Shown piece after piece: positions 63,892-64,000 of a stretch of DNA of 64,000 bases. The stretch's first letter is position 1; the number at the start of each line of letters is the position of its first letter. This stretch comes from Clostridia bacterium (GTDB lineage: Bacteria > Bacillota > Clostridia > Christensenellales > CAG-138), in contig JAFZRT010000020.1 in assembly GCA_017619735.1 (NCBI GenBank), positions 2,622-66,621 on the forward strand. Direction: 5' to 3'. A program made the translations under genes and the position numbers. The notes beneath the pieces were generated by a model that ran no database searches, was not told the DNA's origin, and saw only the letters and a program-made list of their open reading frames with translations.

Positions 63892-64000
63892 CGTTGGAGC
63901 GGGAAACGGGGGTCTTTCTGTCCGCGTTGAGCTTAGCGAAACGCGGGTTTGAGGTTCAAAGCCGGTTGCCGCAGGCAATTTCGACCGTCCGGTGAACGGT

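Noticed and set aside
63912-64000. A series of short hairpins after the tRNA terminator (cgcgtt...aacgcg, tttga-gg-ttcaaa, ttgcc-gca-ggcaa), which might be the 5' part of a structured RNA or riboswitch.
   Set aside because: The region is truncated by the window edge and matches no RNA family that I can recognise from memory (tmRNA, SRP, RNase P, common riboswitches). The evidence is insufficient.

Overview
This is a 64-kb chromosomal window from a high-G+C Gram-positive bacterium. I infer it is Clostridia/Oscillospiraceae-like from the gene content only: T-box-controlled pheST, a sortase, CpsB/CpsD-type capsule regulators, a C69 dipeptidase and a TSCPD protein. (1) Positions 1-20745, all on the minus strand, hold a ~20-kb exopolysaccharide/capsule locus. 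It runs from an MsbA-like ABC exporter through a CpsB phosphatase, an Ig-like membrane protein, two tandem fused Wzz-BY-kinases with very long (Y-G-x)n tails and a priming sugar transferase. A 4-gene module for a non-sugar substituent follows (HpcH aldolase, 2-hydroxyacid dehydrogenase, TupA-like ATP-grasp, Cys-less AsnB-like). After it come six glycosyltransferases, LicD, an EpsG-type polymerase and a Wzm-like ABC-2 permease that runs off the left edge and is missing from the ORF track. (2) Positions 21.1-34.3 kb are an accessory block. It encodes a 1.6-k-aa secreted Listeria-Bacteroides-repeat protein and two small proteins. Next is a tightly coupled cassette of an HprK-like kinase, a PqqD-like protein, an NTP_transf_5 nucleotidyltransferase and a membrane protein, with no RiPP core enzyme nearby; this is my top candidate for an undescribed system. 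An ECF sigma/anti-sigma pair and a MacB-type ABC transporter complete the block. (3) Positions 34.5-64 kb are mostly housekeeping: yebC, argS, prfB with its +1 frameshift, pheST with a Phe T-box, dapF, dusB, greA, rdgB, GH13 and tRNA-Gly. This stretch is interrupted at 40.7-44.6 kb by a low-G+C 3-gene island directly behind prfB (LicC-like cytidylyltransferase fused to a CobD-like PLP enzyme, a second TupA-like ATP-grasp, and an OCD-family enzyme). I saw no rRNA, CRISPR array, transposase, integrase or phage genes. Many long ORFs in the track are antisense shadows of real genes. All family assignments come from motif recognition by eye, because no searches could be run.
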